From: a virus
Direction: 5' to 3' (one strand)
Length of the DNA stretch: 64,000 bases
IMG/VR virus record: IMGVR_UViG_3300045988_170943
Span: 1-64,000 of that record
Below the pieces are notes generated by a model. It was not told the DNA's origin. It searched no databases and worked only from the letters and a program-made list of their open reading frames with translations. Made by a program: the position numbers and the translations under genes. This document shows positions 48,787 to 58,058 of the stretch, piece by piece (within the stretch, counting starts at the first letter, position 1; each line of letters begins with the position of its first letter).

Positions 48787-49137
48787 ATGACTAACTTGAC
48801 CCCCGTCTCAGCAAACAACGCCATTGAACTGGCCGTTCGCGTTGGGCGCATCATCTCGGACTGCATGCCTGGGGCGACTCTCACCTACACCAGGGACCTG
48901 GACGCGAAGCCGGGTATGGATGCAGGAGGCGTTATCGCCGACTCAGGCAACTATGTCATCAATGTCGCCATTATGGGGCAGGACGGGGTTCACAATGGGA
49001 TGTTTGAGATCCATTACGGCAGCAAAGAGTTCAAGGTTCAGGGCTTCCTGTTCGATTGGATGACGAATGACATGATTCGTGAGACCATTGTTGACACCAG
49101 TATGGAGGCATTCAAGAAGTACTGCTCCAACAACTAA
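48787..49137 (+). CDS. hypothetical protein (116 aa); paralog of 33631..33954
   Basis: Internal ATG (72nd codon of ORF 48574..49137) with RBS AAGGAGAGATC. Confidence 0.55.
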   Translation: MTNLTPVSANNAIELAVRVGRIISDCMPGATLTYTRDLDAKPGMDAGGVIADSGNYVINVAIMGQDGVHNGMFEIHYGSKEFKVQGFLFDWMTNDMIRETIVDTSMEAFKKYCSNN

Positions 49138-49192
49138 GCCACATCATCTTTCTCTTGGGCTTCCTCTCGCTAAGGGGTGGCCCAAGATCATT

Positions 49193-49275
49193 TTGTGGGC
49201 CAGTTCACACAACAGGCGGTTGCTCAGCGTCCCGTCCGTGGTGTATAGTATTAGCCATCAGGAGGAAAACAACGG
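49193..49275 (+). promoter_or_regulatory. promoter-leader cassette copy (TTGTGGGCCAGTTCAC, GGTTGCTC-N18-TATAGT, ATTAGCCATCAGGAGG)
   Basis: Copy lying upstream of the ATG at 49305. Confidence 0.6.
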
Positions 49276-49304
49276 GTTACCTCCACTGAACATCGGGAGC
49301 AAAA

Positions 49305-49811
49305 ATGTCCTACCTTGCGGACAACATGATTAAGGTCGCCGGTCGCTACGGCTTCGCTGGCAGCATCCAGGAGGACGACAACGTTGTCACTTTCACCAGT
49401 GACGACAAGAGCCTTCAGATCATCGGCAGGCATGAGATTGAGGTCACCTTGTCTATGACGGTCAACGGGCAACCTTTCAATCTGGAGGACGGCGCTGGTA
49501 ATTTCGCTGAGCACTCTATCGAGATGGCGGTCAGTCGTCTACTGGAGGGCCGCAAGGCCATGGAGGACTGCGTTAACGCCCTGAATGACGCTGGCTGGAA
49601 CGTAGAGGTCGTCAAGACAGACTACTCCAGAGGCTATGTGCGCATGACTAAGGGGAACAAGAAGGCCTATATGCAGCCTCCGTCTGGCAGTAGTGTCACC
49701 ATTAATGGCGATAACCGGAGGACTGCGGCCAAGGATCTGTATAACGTCGGCTTTCTTAGCAGCCACAAGCAGATTCCTGGGTGCAGTGGGGTCTACCCTA
49801 TTGCAAAGTGA
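49305..49811 (+). CDS. hypothetical protein (168 aa); 4-copy paralog family
   Basis: ALNDAGWNVEV...VTINGDNRRTAAKDLYNVGFL aligns with ALEGAGWSVTK...IFINGKSRRSAAKILHDAGII of gene 61096..61605. Confidence 0.55.
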   Translation: MSYLADNMIKVAGRYGFAGSIQEDDNVVTFTSDDKSLQIIGRHEIEVTLSMTVNGQPFNLEDGAGNFAEHSIEMAVSRLLEGRKAMEDCVNALNDAGWNVEVVKTDYSRGYVRMTKGNKKAYMQPPSGSSVTINGDNRRTAAKDLYNVGFLSSHKQIPGCSGVYPIAK

Positions 49812-50018
49812 TTGGCCCTCCCACATAATCAGGGGACGCCAATAACCTCGTAAGAAGGGCATGGGCTGCGCTTTCCGTCAGTAGAGGGTGTGGCCCATGC
49901 TGCAAATGAGTATGTTGTTTGCTTGGTCTTGCAGTAGAGGTCGTGCTACAATCGGCTGCAAAGTCCAACAGAGGTTGTAGCGAATCAGCACAACAGGCAA
50001 TAGAAGGAGGCGATTCGG

Positions 50019-50594
50019 ATGAGCGCTCGTGAGATGTTCTCCACGCTGGACACTACTCTGACGATGGCTTCAGGGGTTGAGGCGAGGTCGCAGACAGTTA
50101 CCACGCACAGGTCCACTACAGATATAGACGCTTTACTGCCAACACAGGATCACATCAGCATTGAGGCAATCTGCTACCAGGACGCTGGCGGCGACTCGTG
50201 GCGTTCTATCCTGCTGACAGCCATGTACAAGTATAAGAAGATCCTATCATATTCTCTACTGCCGTCCTCAATGTTCCCTGAGGGCTCTGGTGGCGGAGTG
50301 GCAGACGAAGAGGTTCCTTCCAGTGTTCACAGGTTTATCAGGCAGGCAAGAGTCATCGCCCGGCTACTGCATTATATTCCGGGGGCAAAGTCTGCTGACA
50401 ACACTGTTGAGGTCACGTTCAGTAGCGGCAGACATGAGTTCGTGGAGGTCTCTGAGGACGCGAACAATCCTGACACTGTGCTGGTGAGTGTCTGGCCTCA
50501 GAAGGGGGTTCGTGAGATGGTCGCCGAGTTGCGTGAGCCGTTCAAGGGTCTCATTGTCCGCAACTATGATGACGGGTTCTCAGTAGTTCTGTAG
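50019..50594 (+). CDS. hypothetical protein (191 aa)
   Basis: Strong RBS AGAAGGAGGCGATTCGG before the ATG. Confidence 0.55.
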   Translation: MSAREMFSTLDTTLTMASGVEARSQTVTTHRSTTDIDALLPTQDHISIEAICYQDAGGDSWRSILLTAMYKYKKILSYSLLPSSMFPEGSGGGVADEEVPSSVHRFIRQARVIARLLHYIPGAKSADNTVEVTFSSGRHEFVEVSEDANNPDTVLVSVWPQKGVREMVAELREPFKGLIVRNYDDGFSVVL

Positions 50595-50685
50595 GCAGAA
50601 ACTCGGGATAGAGGGACACCATTCAGTGCCGAAAATCCCTATCCACTAGAACCTCAAAAGATAAGGAAAACGAGAGGAAACGGCT

Positions 50686-50856
50686 GTGGAGAACATCACC
50701 ACTTACACCATCTACATCGAAACTGCTCTCCCCTTCAACGGGATGAAGACCCTGGAGAAGCGGATCAAGAGGTTCCTCAAAGAGGTTGGGCTTGATTTCC
50801 GCACCGATTTCGGTAACTCTCAGGACACTGGCAACTACAATGCTTTATTCGAGTAG
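50686..50856 (+). CDS. possible small protein (56 aa, GTG start)
   Basis: Not in the track. RBS GAGAGGAAACGGCT before the GTG. It lies downstream of the GGGACACCA motif copy at 50605..50621. Confidence 0.3.
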   Translation: MENITTYTIYIETALPFNGMKTLEKRIKRFLKEVGLDFRTDFGNSQDTGNYNALFE

Positions 50857-50882
50857 AAGAGAAAGCTCCAGAAGACGAGCAG

Positions 50883-51188
50883 ATGGCGAAGTGGCTTATC
50901 AGTGGTGAGTCAGTCGTTCACAAGACGGTTATTCCTTTCTTCGAAGGCAATGAAGGTGTCATCAACTGCGAGGATAACTGCGTCCAGTTCGCTGCATCAC
51001 AGATCATTGATTACGACAGCACCGAGTTCTTCTCTCGCTCCCAGACGACACGGTACAAGCGGCACAAGGATACAGGAGAATTGAGGCAGGAGCGCACGGT
51101 CGTCAATGACACAAGTGTTAGATGGTATTCCACCGCTGTGCCCGCCTTGCTTTCACGTATATCTAGTGGTGTTTCTGGGGGCGCCTAA
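50883..51188 (+). CDS. hypothetical protein (101 aa)
   Basis: ORF track entry with a weak RBS. Confidence 0.4.
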   Translation: MAKWLISGESVVHKTVIPFFEGNEGVINCEDNCVQFAASQIIDYDSTEFFSRSQTTRYKRHKDTGELRQERTVVNDTSVRWYSTAVPALLSRISSGVSGGA

Positions 51189-51247
51189 ACGCCCTCATAA
51201 GGGAGTCCTGTGACCTATGGTTGTTGCCCCTCCCCCGAAGAATGTGC

Positions 51248-51340
51248 GCGTGTGCCCCAGTTCACATAGCACTGGGGTTGCGGTCACCGGCCCTAGTGCT
51301 CTATGCTGGTGCCACAAGCCAAGGACAACAGGTCTGAGGC
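51248..51340 (+). promoter_or_regulatory. promoter-leader cassette copy (GCGTGTGCCCCAGTTCAC, GGTTGCGG-N18-TATGCT, leader GCCACAAGCCAAGGACAACAGG)
   Basis: Copy lying upstream of the ATG at 51364. Confidence 0.6.
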
Positions 51341-51363
51341 GGCAGCCGGAAGGAAACCTCACC

Positions 51364-51945
51364 ATGAACGTCACCCCGATCACTGACCTGTCCGTCCCCA
51401 CCACTAAGGTTGTTGTCAAGGCCGTTCGTGACGCTTTCGGCGAGAAGGCCGGACAGATCACTGGTGTCCAGTGGGTTGATAGCGATGGTCGTGAGGCAGC
51501 CAAGGTGTCCACCCATGTCGGAGACACTGAGGTTGAGGTGCAAGTCGTTGAGGTCCGTAACACTGGGTTCACTTTCACCATCACCACCAAGGATAGTCAG
51601 GGTGAGGTCCTTTCTGACTTTCTTGGTCACCATGTTAAGGTCGATGAGATGAGGAAGATCATCTCAAAGACCTATGACACCGCGTGGCGAGTCACCCTCA
51701 TGCGTGGCCTCCTGAAGGATCGCGGATACGATGTTTCTCCTATCAGCGATGCCAACATGTTCACCGTCTACGACCAGGGCCACCATAACAGCGCTGAGGT
51801 TGATGTCCAGATCCATAAGGGGATCATTGACGTCGGCTCTGAGAACGGCCGCAAGTTCGCCCAGAAGGTTGCTCTGGCTGGAGCGCTCAGCGGAACAGTC
51901 ATCCTTGATGAGAACTATGGGTCCATTGTTCGGGATACTCTCTGA
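51364..51945 (+). CDS. hypothetical protein (193 aa)
   Basis: Internal ATG (50th codon of ORF 51217..51945) with RBS GGAAGGAAACCTCACC. Confidence 0.55.
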   Translation: MNVTPITDLSVPTTKVVVKAVRDAFGEKAGQITGVQWVDSDGREAAKVSTHVGDTEVEVQVVEVRNTGFTFTITTKDSQGEVLSDFLGHHVKVDEMRKIISKTYDTAWRVTLMRGLLKDRGYDVSPISDANMFTVYDQGHHNSAEVDVQIHKGIIDVGSENGRKFAQKVALAGALSGTVILDENYGSIVRDTL

Positions 51946-51964
51946 GACCTGAGAACAGAACATA

Positions 51965-52008
51965 CCCTTGGGTTACGCTGGCCGTCAGTATCCAGCGTAA
52001 CCCAAGGG
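51965..52008 (+). terminator. perfect 17-bp hairpin CCCTTGGGTTACGCTGG / CCAGCGTAACCCAAGGG (no U-tract)
   Basis: An inverted repeat 20 nt after the stop of gene 51364..51945. Confidence 0.4.
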
Positions 52009-52100
52009 CGTTACTACTTGCCTCCGCCTTCCTGAAGTAGAGCCAGTCGAGCAAGGTAAACTTTCCTGTAGGAAGTGCTAAAAGTCGAGAAGAGGTCAAG

Positions 52101-52757
52101 ATGCACAAACCCGGGACCATCGCCAGCATTGTTGAAAACGTTAACGTCAATGGGGTTCATGAGACGTTCGGCAGTGTTGAGTCAGCATCTAGGAACGGCT
52201 GGTACGACTGGTTCTGTGACAGCACCATGTTGAAGCACCGCACAAAGAAGTTCCTCCCTATTCTTAGCGGAATCTCAGGCGAGGGCAAAGTCAGGGCTGA
52301 TAGCAGGGTGACTTTTAAGAATGCGTGCGGCCAACGCCTGTACGACCTAATGACACTGAAAACTAGGGACACACTCTTATGCATTGAGAACTTCCCAGAA
52401 CGCAACGGGGCCCAGTGGCTTGTCACCACCTATCATAGTGGAGACGTGGGAGAGAAAGGAGAGGAGTACAGGTTCAACGACACAGGCGCCCTCACAGCAT
52501 GGCTTAACACACCCTGGGAACAGGTCGGAGACGACGGAGACTCAGGCGACGTTGAGCCTGTTAGCGACTTGCATCTAGGGGCAGGAGATGAAGACGCTGG
52601 CGGCCGCTCGAAAGAGTCCAGCAGCAAAAGTGTGCCCTTGGAGGAGATGCTTGAAGTCATAGAGGAGATCCTTCATGGAGACCCCTGGATGTCGGATCGC
52701 CAGCGGGAAGCCCTTGAAAACGCAATGAGGTTCATCGACAGTAAGACCGGCAACTAA
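52101..52757 (+). CDS. hypothetical protein (218 aa)
   Basis: RBS GAGAAGAGGTCAAG before the ATG. Confidence 0.55.
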   Translation: MHKPGTIASIVENVNVNGVHETFGSVESASRNGWYDWFCDSTMLKHRTKKFLPILSGISGEGKVRADSRVTFKNACGQRLYDLMTLKTRDTLLCIENFPERNGAQWLVTTYHSGDVGEKGEEYRFNDTGALTAWLNTPWEQVGDDGDSGDVEPVSDLHLGAGDEDAGGRSKESSSKSVPLEEMLEVIEEILHGDPWMSDRQREALENAMRFIDSKTGN

Positions 52758-52812
52758 CCTCAAAGCAAATTAGTCGCCGGTCCTTGCTGGCAGACAATCT
52801 CCCGCCTGTTGC

Positions 52813-53262
52813 CTAGACAGAGGCCACATGCTCAGCGACAGTGAGCAGGGCCGAACTCAGGTAGCCATGCTCCTCAACGTCACCACCAATAGTCGTAGCG
52901 AACGACCCGTCCTCGCTGTGGCGGATGTCAGCAACGTGCTCACCTAGCACGGACACATGGTAGCCGTCAGCATCCTCCGTGACATCAGCGTCTACCAGGC
53001 GGCGGAGACGACCCTCAACGGAGACACTTGTGTCAGCCAGGGCAACGCGCATGAACTCCCATGTTGCCGCATGGGTCATATCCAGTCGAAAACTTGGTGT
53101 GACGGACCCGCCCACGCGACCGATACCGTACATGTCACCAACGATCACAAGAGCGACGCTGCCGAGAATCACAGCATCATAGTCGTCGTTGTGGACAGTG
53201 CGAACGACTGACTTAGGGAACTGGTTGCGGATCCATTTTTGCATGTTCTCAACAGTGCTCAT
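52813..53262 (-). CDS. hypothetical protein (149 aa)
   Basis: ORF track entry with protein-like composition. Convergent with gene 52101..52757. Confidence 0.45.
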   Translation of the reverse strand: MSTVENMQKWIRNQFPKSVVRTVHNDDYDAVILGSVALVIVGDMYGIGRVGGSVTPSFRLDMTHAATWEFMRVALADTSVSVEGRLRRLVDADVTEDADGYHVSVLGEHVADIRHSEDGSFATTIGGDVEEHGYLSSALLTVAEHVASV

Positions 53263-53343
53263 GTGTGTCTCCTATCTTGTGAGTGTTTGTTGCTGGCTGA
53301 GTCGAATCTTGCGTGACTACCATAGTACGTATTGGGAAGTCAG

Positions 53344-53676
53344 TCAACTCTCATCAATCTCATCAGCATCGACCCATTTCTCACTGAGACCTAGATACTC
53401 GCAGTACGGAACGTACTCAGTCGCCGATCCGGCGATGCCATTGGCAGCGTCCTCTAGCGCCTGAAGCATCTCCTCCGCTGTATCCGTTTCGTCCGAGAGA
53501 TTCGCACGGATGTCCTCGGGAGTGCCGTACACGGTGTTGAGCCACGTTCGAATGTCGTCACGGCTAGTGTCATCAGTGACAATGAGTTGTCCACCTGTGC
53601 CAATCTCATCGGTGACGACTTTCACGGTGTCGCGGTGGATACGGACGAAGTAGCCACCACTGTTGTTGGTACTCAT
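53344..53676 (-). CDS. hypothetical acidic protein (110 aa)
   Basis: ORF track entry. RBS GAGGAG before the start; on the plus strand this appears as TTGAGGAGATTCTGAGATG. Confidence 0.45.
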   Translation of the reverse strand: MSTNNSGGYFVRIHRDTVKVVTDEIGTGGQLIVTDDTSRDDIRTWLNTVYGTPEDIRANLSDETDTAEEMLQALEDAANGIAGSATEYVPYCEYLGLSEKWVDADEIDES

Positions 53677-53835
53677 CTCAGAATCTCCTCAATTTACTCA
53701 GTAGAGGCCCTTCACCTCGCCGATGATTCGAGCATACACTGCGACTATAACAGACTGCAACGCTCTCACGTGTGATGCGCACCATATGTCAAAGTTGCCG
53801 GTGCTCCAGACTCTCCCCATGCTGCTCTATGACCC

Positions 53836-53900
53836 ATGTCACTCGTTCTTGAGTTGACTGCCCATGGTGCTGGTGGGTATGGTTGAGTCACAAGCAAGGA
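53836..53900 (+). promoter_or_regulatory. promoter-leader cassette, degenerate box (GTCACTCGTTC), TTGACT-N18-TATGGT, leader TGAGTCACAAGC
   Basis: Copy lying upstream of the ATG at about 53910. Confidence 0.5.
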
Positions 53901-53909
53901 GGAAGAACA

Positions 53910-54431
53910 ATGGATAGCCAAGTCAAGGACATTATCAAGGAAGCGCTGAATTTGTACGCTTCTAGGGGCATTGATGATGAAATGTTCTACACTGAGGATC
54001 GTGACATTTTCATCTTTGTCAGGTCGGGAGGTATGGTCGCTCAAGCGATTCTTCCTATTGGTGATTCTTTCGCCGAGTTTGAGGTGACGCACTACAATCT
54101 TCACCCTAACTCCATTGCGGAGATTGTTCAGACGGCGATTATGCACCGTGAGATCATGCTCGCCTGCATTAAAGCCCTGGATTCTAAGGGATGGAGTGTG
54201 TCTGCGTATAGGCCATTCTTCTATAAGGGGGTTGCTGTTGAGCGAGATGGCGAAAAAGCCCTCCTGACTGACCTAACAACCGCATCCGTCACTATCGAGG
54301 GGGACGGGTTTGAGGCTGTCGTTGAAGACCTCCACCAAAGCGGCATCCTCAGGGATCGAAGGTTCATGACACCTAGAGTGTTTACTTTCTCAAATGCCAC
54401 GATCAATGCGGCAGTTAACGCCCTGGACTAA
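53910..54431 (+). CDS. hypothetical protein (173 aa); 4-copy paralog family
   Basis: Internal ATG (10th codon of ORF 53883..54431) with strong RBS CAAGGAGGAAGAAC. Shares ALDSKGWSVSA with the other family members. Confidence 0.55.
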   Translation: MDSQVKDIIKEALNLYASRGIDDEMFYTEDRDIFIFVRSGGMVAQAILPIGDSFAEFEVTHYNLHPNSIAEIVQTAIMHREIMLACIKALDSKGWSVSAYRPFFYKGVAVERDGEKALLTDLTTASVTIEGDGFEAVVEDLHQSGILRDRRFMTPRVFTFSNATINAAVNALD

Positions 54432-54466
54432 AAGAACAACCAGTACATTTGATGAAGGAAGATAAG

Positions 54467-55111
54467 ATGACCAACTCTGACACTGGCACCATTGAGGCGA
54501 TCTGCGAGGCCATGAAGGCCATCGAGAACGCTAACTGCTCCAACGACTTGGTGTGGTCTCTCGACAAGATCCCCCTGAAGTACGCCCCAGAGTGGGGTTT
54601 CAAGTGCCCTGCCGTCAACAAGGATCTAACCCAAAAGATGCGCACCATGACAGGTGATGACCGTCTGTTCGTTGTGGCCGAGAACACCACCGACCTCTGG
54701 GATCATGGGATCGTCCGCTACGTTGAGGACAACGAGTGGGGATGGATAGTTGACGGATATGGCGACGAAGACAATAGTGTCCACCCTGAGGACATTGAGG
54801 CCGTCTGGGGTGCCTACCTGAAACTGACTGACAGCACGTTTACTGTGGACCCAGGTGAGTTCCGCTGGGATGAGGACTACCTTGAGTACGTCCGTAATCA
54901 GGCCGTCAAGGTTTCTGGTGTCATTGGAATAGACAAGGCGTGTGAACTCATGGTCAAGGTGTTTGAGGACGCTGACTTCAAGGTTAAGGGCATGAGGGAC
55001 ACCTCCCCTGAGCATGGGCGTGTTGGAATCGTTATTGTAACCAACTATGACGGCGAAGAGCACCTTGTTGGTTATGGCCGCCCCAGGGTGCGTTTCCACC
55101 AGGTCTCCTAG
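54467..55111 (+). CDS. hypothetical protein (about 214 aa)
   Basis: Internal ATG (7th codon) with RBS GAAGGAAGATAAG. Earlier starts at 54449 or 54452 are possible. Confidence 0.5.
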   Translation: MTNSDTGTIEAICEAMKAIENANCSNDLVWSLDKIPLKYAPEWGFKCPAVNKDLTQKMRTMTGDDRLFVVAENTTDLWDHGIVRYVEDNEWGWIVDGYGDEDNSVHPEDIEAVWGAYLKLTDSTFTVDPGEFRWDEDYLEYVRNQAVKVSGVIGIDKACELMVKVFEDADFKVKGMRDTSPEHGRVGIVIVTNYDGEEHLVGYGRPRVRFHQVS

Positions 55112-55134
55112 TCGCCCTTACTCCAAGGGGTGAC

Positions 55135-55746
55135 ATGTTAGAAGGGACACCAATAGTGGTTAACAGGTTGGATGACTACTGCCATATAGATGACCCGTTC
55201 GCCCGCACTGCCATCAGTTTCGTCATGAACTCGCGCGACTTCACTGGCGGACTGATCGAGGCAGTGTACAAGACCGTCTACATGAGCAGTTACGATCCAG
55301 ATGCCCTGTGTCAAATCCTGTGCGAGATCCCCAGGCAGGTGTTCGCACTGAACCGGTCAATCACCGCTGGAGACGCCCTTGTGAGTAGTGTTGTTGACGA
55401 TCTGGTGGCAGAAATGTGCCGTGCTGTGTGGAGGGTTGAACCTGAGGACACTCCGCTCTTCAAGGCGCTAGAGGTTCAGTCAAGCAGCAGGGTTCTTGCA
55501 GAGGGGGAGGATAAGGTCTCTTGGTCTCCAGCGTTCACCTGGCAGGACTCTAATATGCCATGCCTGGCAGTCAACTTCTACAGCGGCATGATTTACGTCA
55601 GCGATTACACATATAAGGGCGTTGTAGCGGACAGGTACACTTCATGGCCTATCAAAAGGTGGATTTTCCGTTCCCGGCCGGTCGCTCGTGAGATTGTCGG
55701 CCAGTACCATGAGACTGAACCGCTGAGGGAGATGGAGTACTTCTAA
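55135..55746 (+). CDS. hypothetical protein (203 aa)
   Basis: RBS CAAGGGGTGAC before the ATG. The GGGACACCAATAG motif lies at codons 3 to 6. Confidence 0.45.
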   Translation: MLEGTPIVVNRLDDYCHIDDPFARTAISFVMNSRDFTGGLIEAVYKTVYMSSYDPDALCQILCEIPRQVFALNRSITAGDALVSSVVDDLVAEMCRAVWRVEPEDTPLFKALEVQSSSRVLAEGEDKVSWSPAFTWQDSNMPCLAVNFYSGMIYVSDYTYKGVVADRYTSWPIKRWIFRSRPVAREIVGQYHETEPLREMEYF

Positions 55747-55881
55747 CAGGTTCAGTGTCGCCCCTATTCATGTGATAGAAGAGCACGGATAGGGGACACC
55801 AGACAGCAGTCAGGGGAGTTCGAGATGCACCCATCTGATTTGCGCACCTAGACACCACATCTCAGGCAAATCAGGCCCCTC

Positions 55882-55973
55882 TATGTGGCATAGTTCACAC
55901 GAACCTGGGTTGCAGCACTCTGGCTGGCCGTGTAGTATGGAGTCATCAGCCAGGGAGCACAAGGCTTCCGGCC
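55882..55973 (+). promoter_or_regulatory. promoter-leader cassette copy (TATGTGGCATAGTTCAC, GGTTGCAG, TAGTAT, GGAGTCATCAGCCAGGGAGCACAAGGC)
   Basis: Copy lying upstream of the ATG at 55992. Confidence 0.6.
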
Positions 55974-55991
55974 AGAAGAAGGAGCACAAGA

Positions 55992-56153
55992 ATGGACATT
56001 AGTTTCGCTGTCGCAGTCATTGAGAAGATGATCTCCGACGTGGAGGCCCGCATCAAGGTTGAGGACAACATGACCAGCAGGACAGTGCTCACGATCAAGT
56101 TGGATGCTTATAAGGAGGTTCTGGCTGAGGTTGAGCCTATGGCTAACGTCTGA
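55992..56153 (+). CDS. possible small protein (53 aa)
   Basis: Not in the track. ATG with RBS GAAGGAGCACAAGA, directly behind a cassette copy. Hairpin 56171..56215 follows. Confidence 0.4.
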   Translation: MDISFAVAVIEKMISDVEARIKVEDNMTSRTVLTIKLDAYKEVLAEVEPMANV

Positions 56154-56170
56154 TCTCTGTCAACACCTTT

Positions 56171-56215
56171 GAGGGTGGCACACTGGTTAGTGAGAGACCA
56201 AGCGTGCCACCCTAT
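56171..56215 (+). terminator. hairpin AGGGTGGCAC / GTGCCACCCT (10 bp) then ATTCC
   Basis: An inverted repeat after the small gene 55992..56153. Confidence 0.35.
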
Positions 56216-56711
56216 TCCTGTGCTGGAGGCGATGACGCGATATGTACCCCCTTTACGTCTAGGTGACTCTCAAGGCAGAGGTTGTGTGTTTCTCTGTGGC
56301 ACCTTAGTTCGCTGGCTCAAGAGTTGGTGCAGGGGATGAGGTCGGGTGATTGCTGGCGGTGTCAGATGTTTTCTGACCTTGCGGCTCAGCAGTGTCATGC
56401 TGCTCGCCGTCTTCTGGGGCACTGGGCTGGCTGCTAAGACCGGAAGACGGGATACTGAAGGGTGCAGTGGCTCCGTAGAGGTGCCTTTGTATAGGCCGAC
56501 TGTCTCTGTCGTCTACTTGAAGCCCAGGAGGAATAAGTTCTATGGAATCGCCATTCGTGCGGCTTGGCTACCAGAATAGAGCCGCAAGGGTTACCATTAT
56601 AGTAAAAATCACTATTACTGCTGGACCGATTCTGCCATGCCTGACAAAACTGACGACGAAGAGCAACATAATTAGTGTTACCACTCCGATTATTAAGGTT
56701 ACCATTTTTGC

Positions 56712-57017
56712 CTAGTTCACCGGTTTGCGGGTTGGCGTATAGGTTGGGTGGTTGCTGTTATCGGGCGTACTTGTTTCGTGTGTGACTGAGTGATGACTCA
56801 TGCTGCTAGATATATCGTGCTCTGGATATACAGCATCGCCAATTACAAATATTCCGGAAAGAATAGGTCCGAACAGCGCCCCAAATAATATGATAGCAAA
56901 TAGCATTTCGTCAATCTTGGAGCCCCACTTTACAAGCATCCACAAAATGAGGATGCCAACCACTATCAGTGCGATACCAAAAACCACGTCAATCACCTCA
57001 GGTCCTTTCTGCTGCAT
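56712..57017 (-). CDS. small membrane protein (101 aa, 2-3 TM, hydrophilic C-tail); holin-like topology
   Basis: TM segments VVFGIALIVVGILILWMLV and LFAIILFGALFGPILSGIFVIG. Sits in a low-GC patch. Confidence 0.4.
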   Translation of the reverse strand: MQQKGPEVIDVVFGIALIVVGILILWMLVKWGSKIDEMLFAIILFGALFGPILSGIFVIGDAVYPEHDISSSMSHHSVTHETSTPDNSNHPTYTPTRKPVN

Positions 57018-57172
57018 GCACCTTCACATGTTAGCAGATCGTTGAGGAAAAGCAAGAGGGTGAAGCGAATCTTACTGCCGATCATTTTCTTGAGCGTCAG
57101 AGGTGTTGATGTGAAACCGCCCCGCCCTGTTACAACAGAACAGGGCGGGGCGGTTGAGAGGGGCCTGACGGC

Positions 57173-57832
57173 TCACACCTGGGGGAGAAACTTGCTCACA
57201 GGGATGAGCATAACCTCAGACTCGACGAACGAGTCCTGGCTCTTAAGATCCTCGCCGAGCCAGAAGAGCGAATTTGCAACCATATCAACAATCTTCCCCG
57301 AAGGATCCGTCTCGCCGCCGCTCCCGCTGTAGAAGTTCATGGAAATCATGTCACTGTCCTCCACGCTGAAAGTAATGTCTACAGAGGAGGTGTCGTCAGT
57401 GTCTTCGGAACCGATCTCCACCTCAATGGTGTTCTCAGCAACACTACCCACCCAATCAGCCTCATCCGAGAGGTTGCGAACAAGGTAGGTGGCGACCTCA
57501 GACTCCGCCTTGACGCCCTTGACGTGCTCGATAATTGCCGCAATGGCCCCGTACACGGACATCTCAGAGATTCGACGCACCTCCTCCTCAAAGCGCCCAG
57601 CCGTCTCAGTTACGCGAGAGACAAGGACGTTATCAGAGGTGTTGGAGTATCGAATGCGGACGTTGTTGACAGTAGTCCAGATGTAGTTATCGTTCATGTA
57701 GACTTCAACACACGGGATGTTGAGCGCGAAAGCGGTCTTGACAAGAACGCGAACAGGAATTGACTCCTTGCGAAGAGAATTGAATGTCTTGCGGTCGAAC
57801 TTGCTGAACACCTGGATGCTAACATTCTCCAT
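57173..57832 (-). CDS. hypothetical acidic protein (219 aa)
   Basis: ORF track entry. A minus-strand copy of the promoter cassette lies directly upstream. Confidence 0.5.
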   Translation of the reverse strand: MENVSIQVFSKFDRKTFNSLRKESIPVRVLVKTAFALNIPCVEVYMNDNYIWTTVNNVRIRYSNTSDNVLVSRVTETAGRFEEEVRRISEMSVYGAIAAIIEHVKGVKAESEVATYLVRNLSDEADWVGSVAENTIEVEIGSEDTDDTSSVDITFSVEDSDMISMNFYSGSGGETDPSGKIVDMVANSLFWLGEDLKSQDSFVESEVMLIPVSKFLPQV

Positions 57833-57847
57833 GATTCCCCCTCAGGG

Positions 57848-57942
57848 TCTTGCCTTGGGCCGGTTGCCCTTTGGCTGATAACCCAACCATACCCCACCCG
57901 CCAGCCAGGAGGCAACCCCACTGTGAGTGAACTGGGCCACAC
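57848..57942 (-). promoter_or_regulatory. promoter-leader cassette copy on minus strand (GTGTGGCCCAGTTCAC, GGTTGCC, TATGGT, TGGGTTATCAGCCAAAGGGCAACCGG)
   Basis: The reverse complement of 57848..57942 matches the consensus. It drives gene 57173..57832. Confidence 0.55.
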
Positions 57943-58058
57943 ATCACAACACTGCCCCCAGCCGTGACCCGCATTGACCTGCCAATGGCTGGGAGTGGTG
58001 TTGTTGAAGATAGAACGGGTGGGGTGAGCCCGACTGTTCTCGCCCCACCCGTTCGGAG

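Noticed and set aside
56713-56750. CTAGTTCACCGGTTTGCGGGTTGGCGTATAGGTTG on the plus strand resembling the promoter cassette
   Set aside because: The spacing is compressed: the box to -35 gap is 3 nt and the -35 to -10 gap is 7 nt. It is unlikely to be a functional copy, so it is kept only as a low-weight note in the low-GC patch finding.
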